Positions 36,350 through 48,870 of a DNA stretch of 64,000 nucleotides are shown one piece after another. Made by a program: the position numbers and the translations under genes. Source of the stretch: Camelus ferus (lineage: Eukaryota); assembly GCF_009834535.1 (NCBI RefSeq), contig NC_045696.1, positions 16,866,001-16,930,000 of the forward strand, read 5' to 3'. The notes beneath the pieces were generated by a model. The model did not search any database. It was not told where the DNA came from and saw only the letters and a program-made list of their open reading frames with translations. The stretch's first letter is position 1. The number at the start of each line of letters is the position of its first letter.

Positions 36350-37620
36350 TGCAATTTTCAAATACCCACTTTATCCCTTCCCATCCTCTTTAACCCCTGG
36401 TAATTACAAACTTATTCTCTATGTCTCTGAGTCTGTTTCTGTTTTGTAGATGAGTTCATTTGTGTCTTTGTTTTTAGATTTCACATATAAGTGATCTCAT
36501 ATGGTATTTTTCTTTCTCTTTCTGGCTTACTTCACTTAGAACAACAATCTCCAGTTCCATCCATGTTGTTGCAAATGTCATAATTTTTACTCTTTTTTAT
36601 GGTTGAGTAGTATCCCATCGTATGTATATACCACATCTTCTTTATTAAGTCATCTGTTAATGGACATTTGGGTTGTTTTCATGTCTTGGCTATTGTAAAT
36701 AGTGCTGCTGTGAACATTGGGGTACATATATCTTTTTGAATTATATTTTTCTCTGGACATATGCCCAGGAGTAGGATTGCTGGATCACAGAGTAGATACA
36801 TGGTTCAATGGAACAATATAGAAAGTCCAGAAATAAACCCATGCATGTATGATCAATTAATCTATGGCAAAGGAGGCAAGAATATACAATGGAGAAAAGA
36901 CAGTCTCTTCAACAAGTAGTGCTGGGAAAACTGGACAGCTGCATGTAAAAGAATGAAATTAGAACATTCGCTAACACCATATATAAAAATAAACTCAAAA
37001 TGCACTAAAGACCTAAATGTAAGACCAGATACTATAAAACTCCTACAGGAAAATATAGGCAGAACACTCTTGGACATATATCACAGCAATATATTTTTTG
37101 AACCAGCTCTAGGAGTAATGGAAATTACAGCAAAGATAAACTAATGGGATCTAATTAAATCTAAAAGCTTTTGCATAGCTCAGGATACCATCAACAAAAC
37201 CAAAAGACAACTTACAGAATGAGAGAAAATATTTGCAAATGATGTGACTGACAAGAGATTAATTTCTAAAATACACAAACAGCTCGTACACCTTAATATC
37301 AAAAAAAGCATCCCAATCAGAAAATGAGCAGAAGACCTAAAGAGACATCTCCATCTCTCCAAAGAAGGCATCCAGATGTCAACAAGCACATGAAAAGATG
37401 CTCAACATCACTAATTGTTAGAGAAATGCAAATCAAAACTACAGTGAAATATCACCTCACACCAGTCAGAATGACCATCATTTAAAAGTCTACAAACATT
37501 ATGTGCATGAGGAGGGTGTGGAGAAAAAATAACCCTCATACACTGTTGGTGGGGATGTAAATTGGTGCAGCCACTGTAGAGGACAGTACGGTGGTTCTTT
37601 GAAAAAACTAAAAAAAGAGC
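36350..37620 (-). mobile_element. LINE-1 with 5' inversion (twin priming): 3' UTR on - (36350-36787), inverted ORF2 end on + (36788-37620)
   Basis: The minus segment ends at ...ggagtaggattgctggatca. The plus segment encodes [28 protein letters not shown] and ends aaactaaaaaaagagc, which in L1 immediately precedes taccatatgatccagcaatc, so the two pieces are adjacent in L1. Confidence 0.88.
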
Positions 37621-37761
37621 CAATTTAAAAGATGAATCTCAAGTAACAGTAACTCCAGCTAATAACTGGTTAATACAAGCCTAGAATGAAAGCTACACAT
37701 AGATTTATGGGTTTGATTTTTTTTCTTAAGGAATTTATGTGTCCCTTTGTCTTATGTTTAT

Positions 37762-38249
37762 AACTTTATTTTAGACTGGTTTTACATTTACAGAAAAGTT
37801 TTAATGACAGTACTGAGTTCCCGTATAGCTTGTGCCCAGTTTCCCTTGTTGTTAACATCTTATGTTAGGATGGTACATTTGAAGTAATGAACTGACATTA
37901 ATACATTATTATTAACTAAAGTCCATGCTTTATTACCTTAGTTTTTACTTAATGTACTCTTTCTGTTCCAGGATTCTATCCAGGAAGCCACATGGCATTT
38001 AGTTGTCAGGTTTCTTTAGGCTCGTCGTGGCTGTAAATGTTTCTCAGACTTTTCTTATTTCTGACGGCCTTGGCAATTTGAAAGAGTCTTCCTCAGGTAG
38101 TTTGTAGGATGTCCCTCTGCTGGAATTTGTCTGATGTTTTCAAACCAGGGTTTCAGGTTTTTCAGGGGGAGACCACAGAGATGAAGTGCCTTTCTCATTA
38201 CATCATATTAAGGGTATATTCCACCAACATGGCTTGTTCCTAGTGATGT
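37762..38249 (-). mobile_element. L1MC3/4-like 3' end
   Basis: tttacagaaaagtt...cagtttccc, ctgttccaggattctatccagga..ccaca.ggcatttagttgtca, gaccacagagatgaagtgcc.ttctcat.acatcata. Confidence 0.8.
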
Positions 38250-38400
38250 CAGTGCCTAGTTTTTGATGCATCTATTCTAGGGTCACTATTAGATTGCAAA
38301 GCCTCTGAGGGTGCACGGAATGTCTTGTTCTTTATTATCTGTAAACTGTGTGCTTCCACTGCTAAAAATGACCTGTTTATGAATTTCCCAACGTTTTAGC

Positions 38401-38522
38401 ATGTGTATAACTGAAAAATTGTGCTCTACACCGGAATTTGACACAACATTGTAAAATGACTATAACTCAATAAAAAAATGTTAAAAAAAAAAGTTAGCCA
38501 AAAAAAAAAAAAAAAAAAAAAA
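38401..38522 (+). mobile_element. Very young camelid-type L1 extreme 3' end with long poly(A)
   Basis: gtataactgaaaaattgtgctctacaccggaatttgacacaacattgtaaaatgactataactcaataaaaaaatgttaaaaaaaaaagttagcc followed by an A-run of ~23. A CpG is retained. No clear TSD. Confidence 0.85.
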
Positions 38523-39954
38523 GACCATGCAGAACTGGGAAGCATGGTTTTCCTCCAGCACAAGTTTGACAAAGTTATGGAAAGCAGACTACAAGCATCA
38601 TAACAAAAGTGGATGCTCGCTGCATGAAACTGGAAAAGCATATTTTCAATGATGTCAAATACTTTTTCCATCTCACTATTGTTGCTATATTGCTCTTTGA
38701 ACTTCTTTGTTTAAACTTATTTTTAAAAAGTCAGAAAAGCCGTGAGGCTTGACAATCCAGTCCCTCACTGCTCTTAACATCAAGAACCCAGAATCTTCTT
38801 TCATCAGTTCCTCTGGGGAGGGTCTACATTAGCCTTCATCTATTGGAGGGTAGGGATGAGCCCTTATCCTGGGATTGCCTGAAAGTTCATCAGTGGAGAA
38901 AAATGCTGTATCTTTTGAGTGTCCTTTACTTTGATAGCTGCGAATGTAAGAAATGTCCTAATTAGCATCAACTCCGTGTTTGAGGTGTCTTTCAATACCT
39001 AGAAACTTGTGATGGAGACCTCTGGGAGACCAATAAGAGCCCTCTCTCTTGCAGGAGCAGACACATTCCTGTGCGTAGACTATGTTTTCCTGTCTTGGGT
39101 TCTATTGCTTTCCTTGAAGCTCAATTTGTGCATGCAGAATAGTCCTAGAATCTGCAGAGAGAGGAAAGGAGGCAGCCTCAGGGGAAGAAAGAAGCCTTGG
39201 TTCTTTTTTTGACATTCTTTTCTCCTTTTTACTCTAGTTTCCCCTGGTCCACAACCTGGTGGTGGGCAGATTCATATTTCCACTTTCTTTTGATGACTCT
39301 CTTTCAATTTTAAAAAAGTATCTCCTTGTATAATATTTCAGATTTTATCAGGATCTCCTAAATTATACTAACAGATAAGTTTCCAGTTTACAAAATAATG
39401 CCAATGTGCGTGTTACATTTGCTTTTTCTAAAAATACAAATAGCACAGGTTTTTCACCCAGCAAATGCTTATTAAAAGTTAAACAGGACATTGTAATTTG
39501 ATTGTTATAACAACATCTTTTTATTTGTAGAAATTTTAATATTCCAAATACAAAATATCTGATAAAATTTTGCTTCCTTTGTATTTATTATATTCACTCT
39601 ATATTTATTAGTATTATTTACTAGAAACTCTCAGACTCTGTAGTTTGCTTTTTTCTTCTTGAAAATAACATCCAATTCAGAAGTCTGTGATTGTGTCTTA
39701 ATTCTATTTGATCAAGTGAAATGATTTTAAATAATATATCTCTTATATGTAAAAGAGAATTGCTGATTCTTAGTCAATAGGCTGACATTAGGAGGAGAGA
39801 TGGAAAGACATTCTACAACGTGACTGGCATAAGCAAATCTTATAGCTATAAGGTATTCTTATAGGTAATAGCTTGAACATAGAGTCCTCTTGCCCTTGGT
39901 CCATTTGTCAGACATCATTTGGGGCCATATCAGCTTTATTTACTATGAACAATT

Positions 39955-40145
39955 ATATTTATTAACAAAACTATTATTTATTTAGCATTGTGTGACACAT
40001 TGGGTATAAAAGACTAATACAAAACAGACCAGCTTTCTGCTTTCAGGAAACTTATAGTCTAGTAAGAGAAAAGATATTTTCAAATGGTTACAAATCAAAG
40101 ATAAAAGTACAACTCTGTCAAGTGCTGCAAAGCTGAAGTATACTC
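39955..40145 (-). mobile_element. L2 3' end (continues at ~41750-42130 beyond the inserted L1)
   Basis: ttctgctttcaggaaacttatagtctagtaagaga; downstream part tttagtctttattctgagggcataaggg.gtcaccagaggattttaag...ttgagagatatttagga. Confidence 0.55.
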
Positions 40146-40150
40146 TGTGC

Positions 40151-41730
40151 TTTTAAAATTAATTTTAATTGAGCTATAGTAAAGTTTACCCTCCGAAGTG
40201 TACAACCAGTGGGTTTTAGTATACTCAGAAAATGATGCAACTGTCACACTAACTCCAGAACATCTTTATCCCCCCTTAAAGAAACAAGCCCTCTCTATAT
40301 TCATCACCAGTCACTCCCTATCCTCTAATCTGTGTTGTTTTAATGGATTTGCTTCTGCTGGGTATTTCTTATAAATGGAATCACACAATATGGAGACTGT
40401 AAGTCTGACTTCTTTTACTTGCCATAAAGTTTTCAAAGTTTGTCCATGTTGTAGCATGTGTGTTTCAATACTTCATTTTTTATGAATATAAATAATATTT
40501 TATGAATCTAAATAATATTTTACTGTATGGAATTATCACATTTTGTTTATCCTTTTCATCAAGTGATGGACGTTTGGATTATTTCCATTTTTCAGTCCTT
40601 ATAAATCATGCTGCTATGGACATTTGTGTACAGATTTTTGTGTGAACATATGTTTTCGATTTTCGGGGGTATATAACTAAGAATGGGGTTATTGGGTCAC
40701 ATGGAAACCCTATACTTATATTTTTGAGTAACTGCTAAACTTTTTTCCAGTGTACTACACCACTTTAACTTTCCATTAACAATGTATGACTGTTCCAATT
40801 TCTTCATATACTTTAGAACATTTATTGATCTTTTTATTATAGCCTTTCTAGTCAGTGTGAAGTGTTAAGTCATTGTTTTGATTTGCATTTCCTTAATGAT
40901 GAATAATGTTAATATTTTCATGTATTTATTAGTCATGTGTGTATAATTTTTAGACAAACATCTATTCAAATGATTTGCCTGTTTTTAACTGGATTATCTG
41001 TCACTAAGCAGTAAGTGTTTATATATATATAATTATTTTCTTAGTTGCTCTGGGCAGTCCAGTTAATATCTTAACTTACAGCAGTTAGTTATAATTAATA
41101 TCAACTTAATTTCAATTATATATAAAAACTTAACTCTTATGAAACTTGCTTCCCTCTCCCTTCCTTTGTGCTGTTGTTGTCAATACATTATTGTACACTT
41201 CATGCCCACCAACACAGATTTATCATTATTTCTTTATAGAGTTGTCTCTTAAATGAGACAGAAGAAAAGATCTGTAATCAAAAAAAAAAAAAAAAAAAAA
41301 ACAATGCTCTGGGGCAAAGGCTTTTCACACTGGGAGCTCAGAGTCAGGTTAAATAAAGACAGCCGTGCAATGAGGTTCCTCCAAGGAACAACCAGACAGG
41401 TTACTAATAACTCTCTGGAATGAGACCTTGAAGGAGCTACACACCTGCTCTGCCATCTCCAGTGGCTGCCAGGCTACAGATTTTCACCAAAGATCACCTC
41501 AGAGCTGGAGAGTGGGGGGTACAATCAGGGCAAACTACATCACCGTAGTGCTTGTTGCTCTTGCCAGGATTTCATTATGGTTCTTGAATAAATGGTCCCC
41601 AGATTATTGTAGTATCTTGTTAATTTCTAGAACTTTGAAAAAGTTAATTCTGAAAATCTTTATGAGTTTTATTTCCTTATGGTGAAGGAACATTTTGGGA
41701 AGTCTTTACTTAACCATTTTTGCTGACAAG
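40151..41730 (-). mobile_element. Old L1MB-like element: 3' UTR (40151-~41010) joined to L1M 5'-region pieces (~41020-41730)
   Basis: ttttaattgagctata...aagtgtacaa.cagtggg.tttagtata.tca, tccatgttgtagcatgtg, ttttgatttgcatttcc.taatga. The far end carries L1M 5'-end-like aatttctagaactttgaaaaagtt.attctga and ccatttttgctgac. Confidence 0.7.
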
Positions 41731-43090
41731 CTCTACTAGCAGGAGGGGCTAAAAAAAAAAAAAGTCCTGAAGTTTGGAAGAATGGAGAGAGAGAATAGTT
41801 CCACACGAGGCTGAGGACTCAGTCAGTGGCCAGGTTTTTCAGTCTTGTAGATCACACTTAGGGGTTTAGTCTTTATTCTGAGGGCATAAGGGTGTCACCA
41901 GAGGATTTTAAGAAGAAGGGAGGCAGGTATGGACTTAAGGAGATCAGTTAGTGAGGAGAAGGAGAGATGATAACTGCCAGGCTGAGTATGGAAGGGAGTG
42001 GACATAAAAGAAGCAGGTGGATTGAGAGATATTTAGGAAATAAAATGAACTGGGCTGTTGGAGGATTAAAGGGAAAGACTGAGGAAGAAATCCACAAAGG
42101 AACATGGCTTTTCTGACCTTTCATCACCTCATGGTTCTATTCTGTTGGCTAAAATGTCTGATAACTACTACCAGCATTTCATCTTGGATGAATGCACAAC
42201 GTATAAAGTGAAATTGCCATGAAGTATAGTCCCTGTCAGTACAAATACAGTGATCTCTCTCACTACAACTTCACAAAATAAAAGAAACTTCTTAAAGGCA
42301 GAAGAATTGACAGAAGCTCTGGTTACCAAGAGAAGACAGGAGAAGAGATGTGGGAGAATGGTTAGTGCTGAAACAAACAAAAATCAGACACCTGTCTATC
42401 TCCTCCATTAAATATTTTATGGAAATCAAAACACAAAAGGAATCTATTTTTTTAAAGCTATGTTTTTTAAAATCATTTTTTGATATAAATTTGCTTTGTC
42501 TAACAGTTCAAAATACTTTCACTAAGACTGAGATTTTCATCTTCCTGATGCATCCACAAGTTATCTCTTGGTAGGAGTCTCTAAGCACGTCCCTTAGCTT
42601 TACAATAGTACGGTTATTTGTGCGATCTTCCTTCCAATAACCTCTCATGGGTAACATTAATAGTCCATTCCCAAATGGTGCACTTATTGTTTTAAAGGTT
42701 TTCTTCATTTTTTACTCCATTAATAGCAAGTTGGAAATTATGACAATATAAGGGATTATGAATTTCCAAACTATTTGTTTAACCAACACAAAAAATATTC
42801 CATACTGATACAGGACCACCAATATCAAATGGTAATAAATCTCTTTTAAATATCAGAATGATACCAGGATGTATTAATCATATAAGAAATGCTTGTTATA
42901 TAAATGTCAACACTGCATTATTGCACAAATGATAATAAGAGGGCATAGATTTTTGATCCAGACATTAAACAGCTAGGATTATATTGTGAAGACAAACTGT
43001 TACTTTCACTTAAAAAAAATAGGAAGGATTTAGAATTATGTGATTTCACCTTTTTTTCATATAGCAATGGTTTAGAAACATTCTAAATGT

Positions 43091-43279
43091 ATTTTTTTTG
43101 TATATATATATTTTCATTGAAGTATAGTTAGTTTACAACGTTGTGTCAATTTCTGGTGTACAGCACAATGCTTCAGTCATACATGAACATATATACATTC
43201 ATTTTTGTATTTGTATTCTTTTTCACCATAAATTAGTACAAGATATTGAATATATTTCCTTGTGCTTTCAATAGGAAAC
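43091..43279 (-). mobile_element. Artiodactyl/camelid-type L1 3' end, truncated
   Basis: attgaagtatagttagtttacaacgttgtgtcaatttctggtgtacagcacaatg.ttcagtcatacat...tacaagatattgaatata.ttcc.tgtgct. Confidence 0.85.
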
Positions 43280-43687
43280 AGTTAAAATTATGGTAATAAA
43301 TCATGAAAACGAATGAGATCATTGTATATGTACTCACATGGAACATCTTCATGAAAGAGGAAAAAACAAGATGTAAAAAAATACTGCCTAGAATATTACT
43401 ATATGGAAATGAGAGCATGTACATGATTATACATCTGGAAACCATCTCTGAAAAGATCTATAGGCAACTGGTAATAATAGCAAATCTAGGAAAGGGAAAT
43501 GAAAGGTTGAGAAACTTGGAAAGGAGAGGGATTGTGTGTGCTTTTGGGTCCATACTTTCTTGTATATTTTTAATGCTCTACCATGCAAATCGTTACAGCA
43601 GGCTCTGTCTATCATCAATCTATCTATCAATCGATTGATCAATAATCTATTCTTTGTACATGCATAGATATCAAAATGCATACATGC

Positions 43688-44067
43688 TGTATTTGTCAAA
43701 GTTCTCCAAAGAAACAGAACCAAGTATCTAGCTATATCTGTATTTATATCTATATCTACATCTATGCCTATGTTTATGATACCCATGTCTAATCTCTCTA
43801 CCTGGCTAGAAATTGAGGCAGAGTTTCTATGTTATGATCTTGAGAACAATTCCTTTTTTCTTCAGGAAACCTCAGTCTTTGATTTTAAGGCTTTCAACTG
43901 ATTGGATGAGGCTCACCCCATTATGGAGAGTAATAAGCTTCACTCAGAGTCTACTGATAAAAATGTTAATTGCATCTAAAAATTACCTTCAGAGCAATAT
44001 CTAGACTGGTATTGGATAAACAGCTTCCATATCTTAGTCCAGATGACATGTAAAATTAACCGTCACA
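43688..44067 (-). mobile_element. ERVL LTR MLT2 (MLT2D-like), internally deleted
   Basis: Starts tgtatttgtcaaagttctccaaagaaacagaaccaa, contains ttcaactgattggatgaggctcaccc, ends gacatgtaaaattaaccgtcaca. Confidence 0.9.
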
Positions 44068-44290
44068 CTAATGTTAAGAATCTGAGGTTTCAAAATGAAG
44101 AGCATTTCCACAAATGGGACAAAGGAGAAGCAAGTCAGTGAAAATGTCTCCATGATCTACAGATCATCTTTCCCTACTAATACCATCTATTTAAGCAAGG
44201 TGTAAAGAAATAAGGATAAGGTCAACAAATGAACAGACCTTCTGTTGAAGACATGCCTTCAGATTCAAATTCTCTAGTTAGGATAGCACA

Positions 44291-45076
44291 CAGTTGGCCT
44301 TCTGTATCTGCAAGTTTTGCATCTGCAACTTCAACCAACTGTGGATAAAAAATATTGGAAAAAATTTCCAGAAAGTTGGAAAAAGCAAAACATAAAATTG
44401 CCATGTGCTGGCTGGCAACTGTTTACCTAGCATTACCTTATATTTACAACTGTTTACCTATTATTTACATTATATTAGATATTATAAGTAATCTAGAGGT
44501 GATTTAAAGTATACTGGAGAATGTGCATAGGTTATGTGCAGATACATGCTATTTTATATAAGGGACCTGAGCTCTGTGGATTTTGGTACTTATGGGAGTT
44601 CCTGGAAACAATCCCCTGCAGATACTGCCAACTAAAAATTGGCATTTGCCATCTGCCTCTGTAAGAATTAAATCACTAACCACTGTAGCCACTGACCTTC
44701 TATACACCCTGAAAAGAGTTCAGGGTGGAGATCAGGAATGAGACTCCCTGTGTTCTGGAAAAAACTGTCAGAACAGACCTTCAGATAGTTAGATATTTTC
44801 AGGAGAAGATTTTATGAGCCCAAATTCTTGTATCTCCTCATATCTAGAAAAGCACTAACATCATTAATGGAGACATCTGCTTCTCGTGACTAGCAGTAAC
44901 CATGAGACTAGCATCAGCCTTCTGCAGAAATGTGTGCTTGAATGCACGTATCCCACTTCACTATCTGAGATGCTATCTCCCAGGCTATAGTTTTCATTTT
45001 ACTCCAAGTAAAACTGAACTGACAAGTCTCATTTTGTGCATTTTTTTTTTCCATCGACAATACCAAGGGATGACTG
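44291..45076 (-). mobile_element. MER2-family TcMar-Tigger MITE, split by an ERV1 LTR
   Basis: Left TIR cagttggccttctgtatc, internal ataagtaatctagaggtgatttaaagtatac, right TIR ...tcctggaaacaatcccctgcagatac|[LTR]|caagggatgactg followed by TA. Confidence 0.88.
44626..45059 (+). mobile_element. ERV1-class solo LTR with 4-bp TSD ATAC
   Basis: TG...CA ends (tgccaact...tcgaca). atac lies on both sides (44622-44625, 45060-45063), and removing the LTR restores the MER2 terminus. Confidence 0.85.
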
Positions 45077-45187
45077 TAACTTTTCCCTCCCAGATATCAT
45101 GGTATCTAAAAATGAGTGATATCCCAGTAGGTGTAGGAGAAGATGGAGACCTATAACTGAAGGAAAAAAGAGAAAACTAAAGGATTT

Positions 45188-45312
45188 ATGTAAATATATC
45201 AAGTCAACATGTGTTGTACACTTTAAACTTACACAATATGATATGTCAAATAGATCTCAATAAAGCTGGGATAAAATAAAATAAAATAAAACAAAAGCAA
45301 ACTCAAAGAAAC
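45188..45312 (+). mobile_element. L1MA-type extreme 3' end with A-rich tail and TSD
   Basis: gttgtacactttaaacttacacaat...tctcaataaagctgg followed by (taaaa)n. TSD aaaactaaaggattt (45173-45187) / aaaactaaagggttt (45313-45327), 14/15. Confidence 0.85.
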
Positions 45313-47754
45313 AAAACTAAAGGGTTTGAAGCATCCTGTGAGTGAGCTCCCCTACCTCCTGGTAGTTAGCAGAGGTCTTATGTGTCACAGGTAGTTGGGT
45401 TGGTAAAAGGGACAAGAAAACAAGAAGATCCAGTCTCACTTTTCAGAAATAGGTAGCTGAAGAATAAGCAGGTCTGTGGTTTGGAATTTTGCAGGAAAAT
45501 AGACAATTTAAACAACTCCAAAAGGGTATATTCCACACTGTGAGGGGTTAGGAAACAACGAAAGAAAGAACGTTTGGACGGGGAGCTTGCAATTCTTGGT
45601 GGAGGATTTTCAAAAAGAACCACTGTTAATAAAACCTGCTAATATTCTAGATATTTTAAATGCTTTTATATTTGTGAAAAAGAACTATGCGCTCTGTGTA
45701 GCTATGAAGATAAACTGGAGATCAAGACATTGCTGACGGATGAAGACTCAGGTTCAATTTCAGGCAGCTCTTTTAGAACACGGTGCTTCCCATAGTAGCA
45801 ATGAGAAGTAAATATAAGCATCACGGCTAAATCTGATGGGGTTAGGCTAGATAATGATAAGAATTCATGACTCTAAAATTTATATTCCCTGATAAAATAT
45901 ATCCCAGCATAGCCATGCTCATGAATATCTGAAGGCAGAAATTAACATACACTTCAACATCTCTCACTATTTTGAATATTTGATATCTCTTTTAAAGTAG
46001 TGTGCAAATAATATGCATAAAGTGTGAAGTTTCAGGCATAAGATTTATTTTTTTGTAGCTGGGCTTATATTTATCTTGTTCTATGGCATGAGTCTTATGT
46101 CAAATTCTAGTCATTTAGGATTCTGCAAAAATGTGTTTCCCTTCAGTTTTTAGGACACTGGATGCAAGCATAAAGACTGAATTGTGTGATACATTTTAGA
46201 AGCAGGGAAATAAGCATACTAGTTCTAAAAAGAAAAGGTCTTATGGAGGCAAAATAAGGAGTTCCATATGGCTTCCAGGTTTTGGGATTTTATTGGTCTA
46301 TAAAATTATTTTTGTACATCAGAAGAGAGAGGACTAACATAGGGTTGTTAATGGGATTTTTTTGTCTTAAGACTGTATTAAAGAAAAAATAATAGAAAAT
46401 AAACTCTAATATTTCCACCATTTCCTAGGAGAAAGAACTTTTGGTACATAAAATATAATTCATTCCCTGGGTTATATTCAAAACACTGTACTAATTGTGC
46501 TGATGCTAATTGACCAGTCAGAACAGACAGTAGCTGCTCAAATCAGTACTTAATGAACATAATCTTAGAATAAAGCAGAGCCCCTTCTGTTTCATACCTT
46601 AGAGGCATGGAAGTTTACTACTCTTTCCTTTTTCCTTTTTTCCATTTTCCAGGTTGCATGGAATTTTGGTAGACACTGACACATGCTCACAGACCAGCAT
46701 TTCCAATGTTGTCTTGCTATAATTTTTCTATGGTGGGAATGCCTAACATTGCTCTATAACTGTAAGGCTGTGAGGAATTTAGAAGTTCCTCAAAAAGTAT
46801 AGAAGTTCAGTCTATGAATTCACTTTCTAAGGATTTTAAGGGAAAGGTTGGTCCTTTAGGAATGACATAAAAATAGGCATACAATGCTCAGTGTAGAGGA
46901 AAAACAGGCAACAGAAGACATGATTCTATCTCTTGAAACTGTTTCAGCCTAACTAGAGAAAGATAATATTTGTGTGTGAAATGATCGGAAAATAACTTTA
47001 AGATAATTCATCAGTAAGTATATTATAGAGGCTTTAGCCCAAATGCATACATGCCAAGATAATCTAAAACAAAGGGCTTATTTCATGGAAGTAATTTTAA
47101 TCTGAGAAGACTTCCCAAAGTTTTTCCAGTCCAAAGTATCTTATTTTTTAAATCTATAAGAATATTAATTTATCTATATGTTACAAACAAGTCAGAGGTC
47201 TATAATTAAATATTAGATGTTTGGTTTGAAGTTTCAGAACTGGTTAGTCAGGGTGAAGGCTATTCATGGTACATCTTTGCTTTAACTTCAGCAAAGCATC
47301 CAAGCCTTCTCAACATTATACTTACTGGATGCTTTGTAACTTTGGATGCTGAAGCTGCTCTCAAAATATTCTATGGTAAATAGCCAGCTTGATACACTAA
47401 GTATTCAATAAAGTCACAGTCATGAACTTGCTGGGCATATAGAGAAGTGAAAACGACTTTCTTTCCTTGGCTCCTGCTTTTATTTTTACATTTTAAAATT
47501 AGATTTCACTCAATGCCTTCCAAATCGGTAGCTTGCATCATATGCTGACTTCGACTATGTTCTGTTTTAACTCACCTTTTTTTTTTTTAATGGCATACAT
47601 CCAAAAGGAAAATTACTTGAATTGAAGGGGAAGACATATTTGGTCATTTTTTTCTGAAACAGTATATCAGAAGCCACATAAGTGTATATTATTTCTCTAA
47701 CCCTTATTGGGATCTGAAAAGCACATGGACTTTCTCATGTGAAAGCCAAAAGCA

Positions 47755-47966
<212 letters not shown>

Positions 47967-48229
47967 AACACAAGTTATTTCAAACAAATCAAACATCCAG
48001 TTATAAAATTTTATATTTTGGGGTTGTGGATAGTTTCTCCACTGAGTAAATTTTAAAATGCACCACTTCAGTATAAACTAGAAATGCACACACATATGTG
48101 TATACGTGTCCTAGAAGTCTCTCTTTTCATAATAACTACAATATCACAAAGAAACAAATTATGAACCATTAAAAAAACCCAGTCCACTGTTTGTACAAAA
48201 TTTATGGGTCACTAGTCCAGAGAACCAAA

Positions 48230-48870
48230 TTTGTTTTCCCGAGTTTATCAAAAAGAGACATCTAATATATTGTGGGAAAGTTGATTCAGAAAATTGGAAA
48301 TCTCTGAGAATTGGACAAATCATCATGAATGAAAGGACAGCTGAAGTTCGCAGAGAAACAGTTTTGGATTAAGGCTACTCAAGCATCCACCGTGGATGGA
48401 GACTGAAAACAATGACCACCGGTCAACATAGCAGCAATTTACTGCAGGAAATTCTTACATTGAAACAGCAGACTGATAACCAGTAAATAATGTCACTGTT
48501 GTAGGAAATTTTTGTCAACCAAATTATTTATTCAAGCACAGCTTGCTCATTTGGGAAAAGAGCTGTCCTTTTAGGATAATAGTCTCTCATCAAAACTTAG
48601 GATATTGGACTCATCTTTTCCACCAGGTCTTAGACTACTATCTTGCACACTTTCCCGTATCTAACTTGTTCCCCACCTTGAAAAACTTGCATTAAACTAC
48701 TCAAAGTCTTGTCCCCAAATCCTGTAAATTTCTTACCTTAAATTTCCCCTCTAGCGACATTATTGGCACATCTCAAAGTAGAAATCTCTCTCTCATAAAT
48801 TTAATGAATTTATCTTTGCTCAGTTATCATGTTTTTGTCATGGTCTTTTAAAGGAAATTTACAGTTGACC
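48230..48870 (+). mobile_element. Possible ancient ERV1 LTR (MER90/MER110-like)
   Basis: ccccaaatcctgtaaat (TATA-like), ttaatgaatttatctttgct (polyA-like), terminal gtttttgtcatggtctttt...cagttgacc. Very diverged. Confidence 0.4.

Noticed and set aside
46621..46766. Strong polypyrimidine/AG acceptor with a downstream gtaagg donor
   Set aside because: All three frames contain stops. A lncRNA exon cannot be supported from sequence alone.
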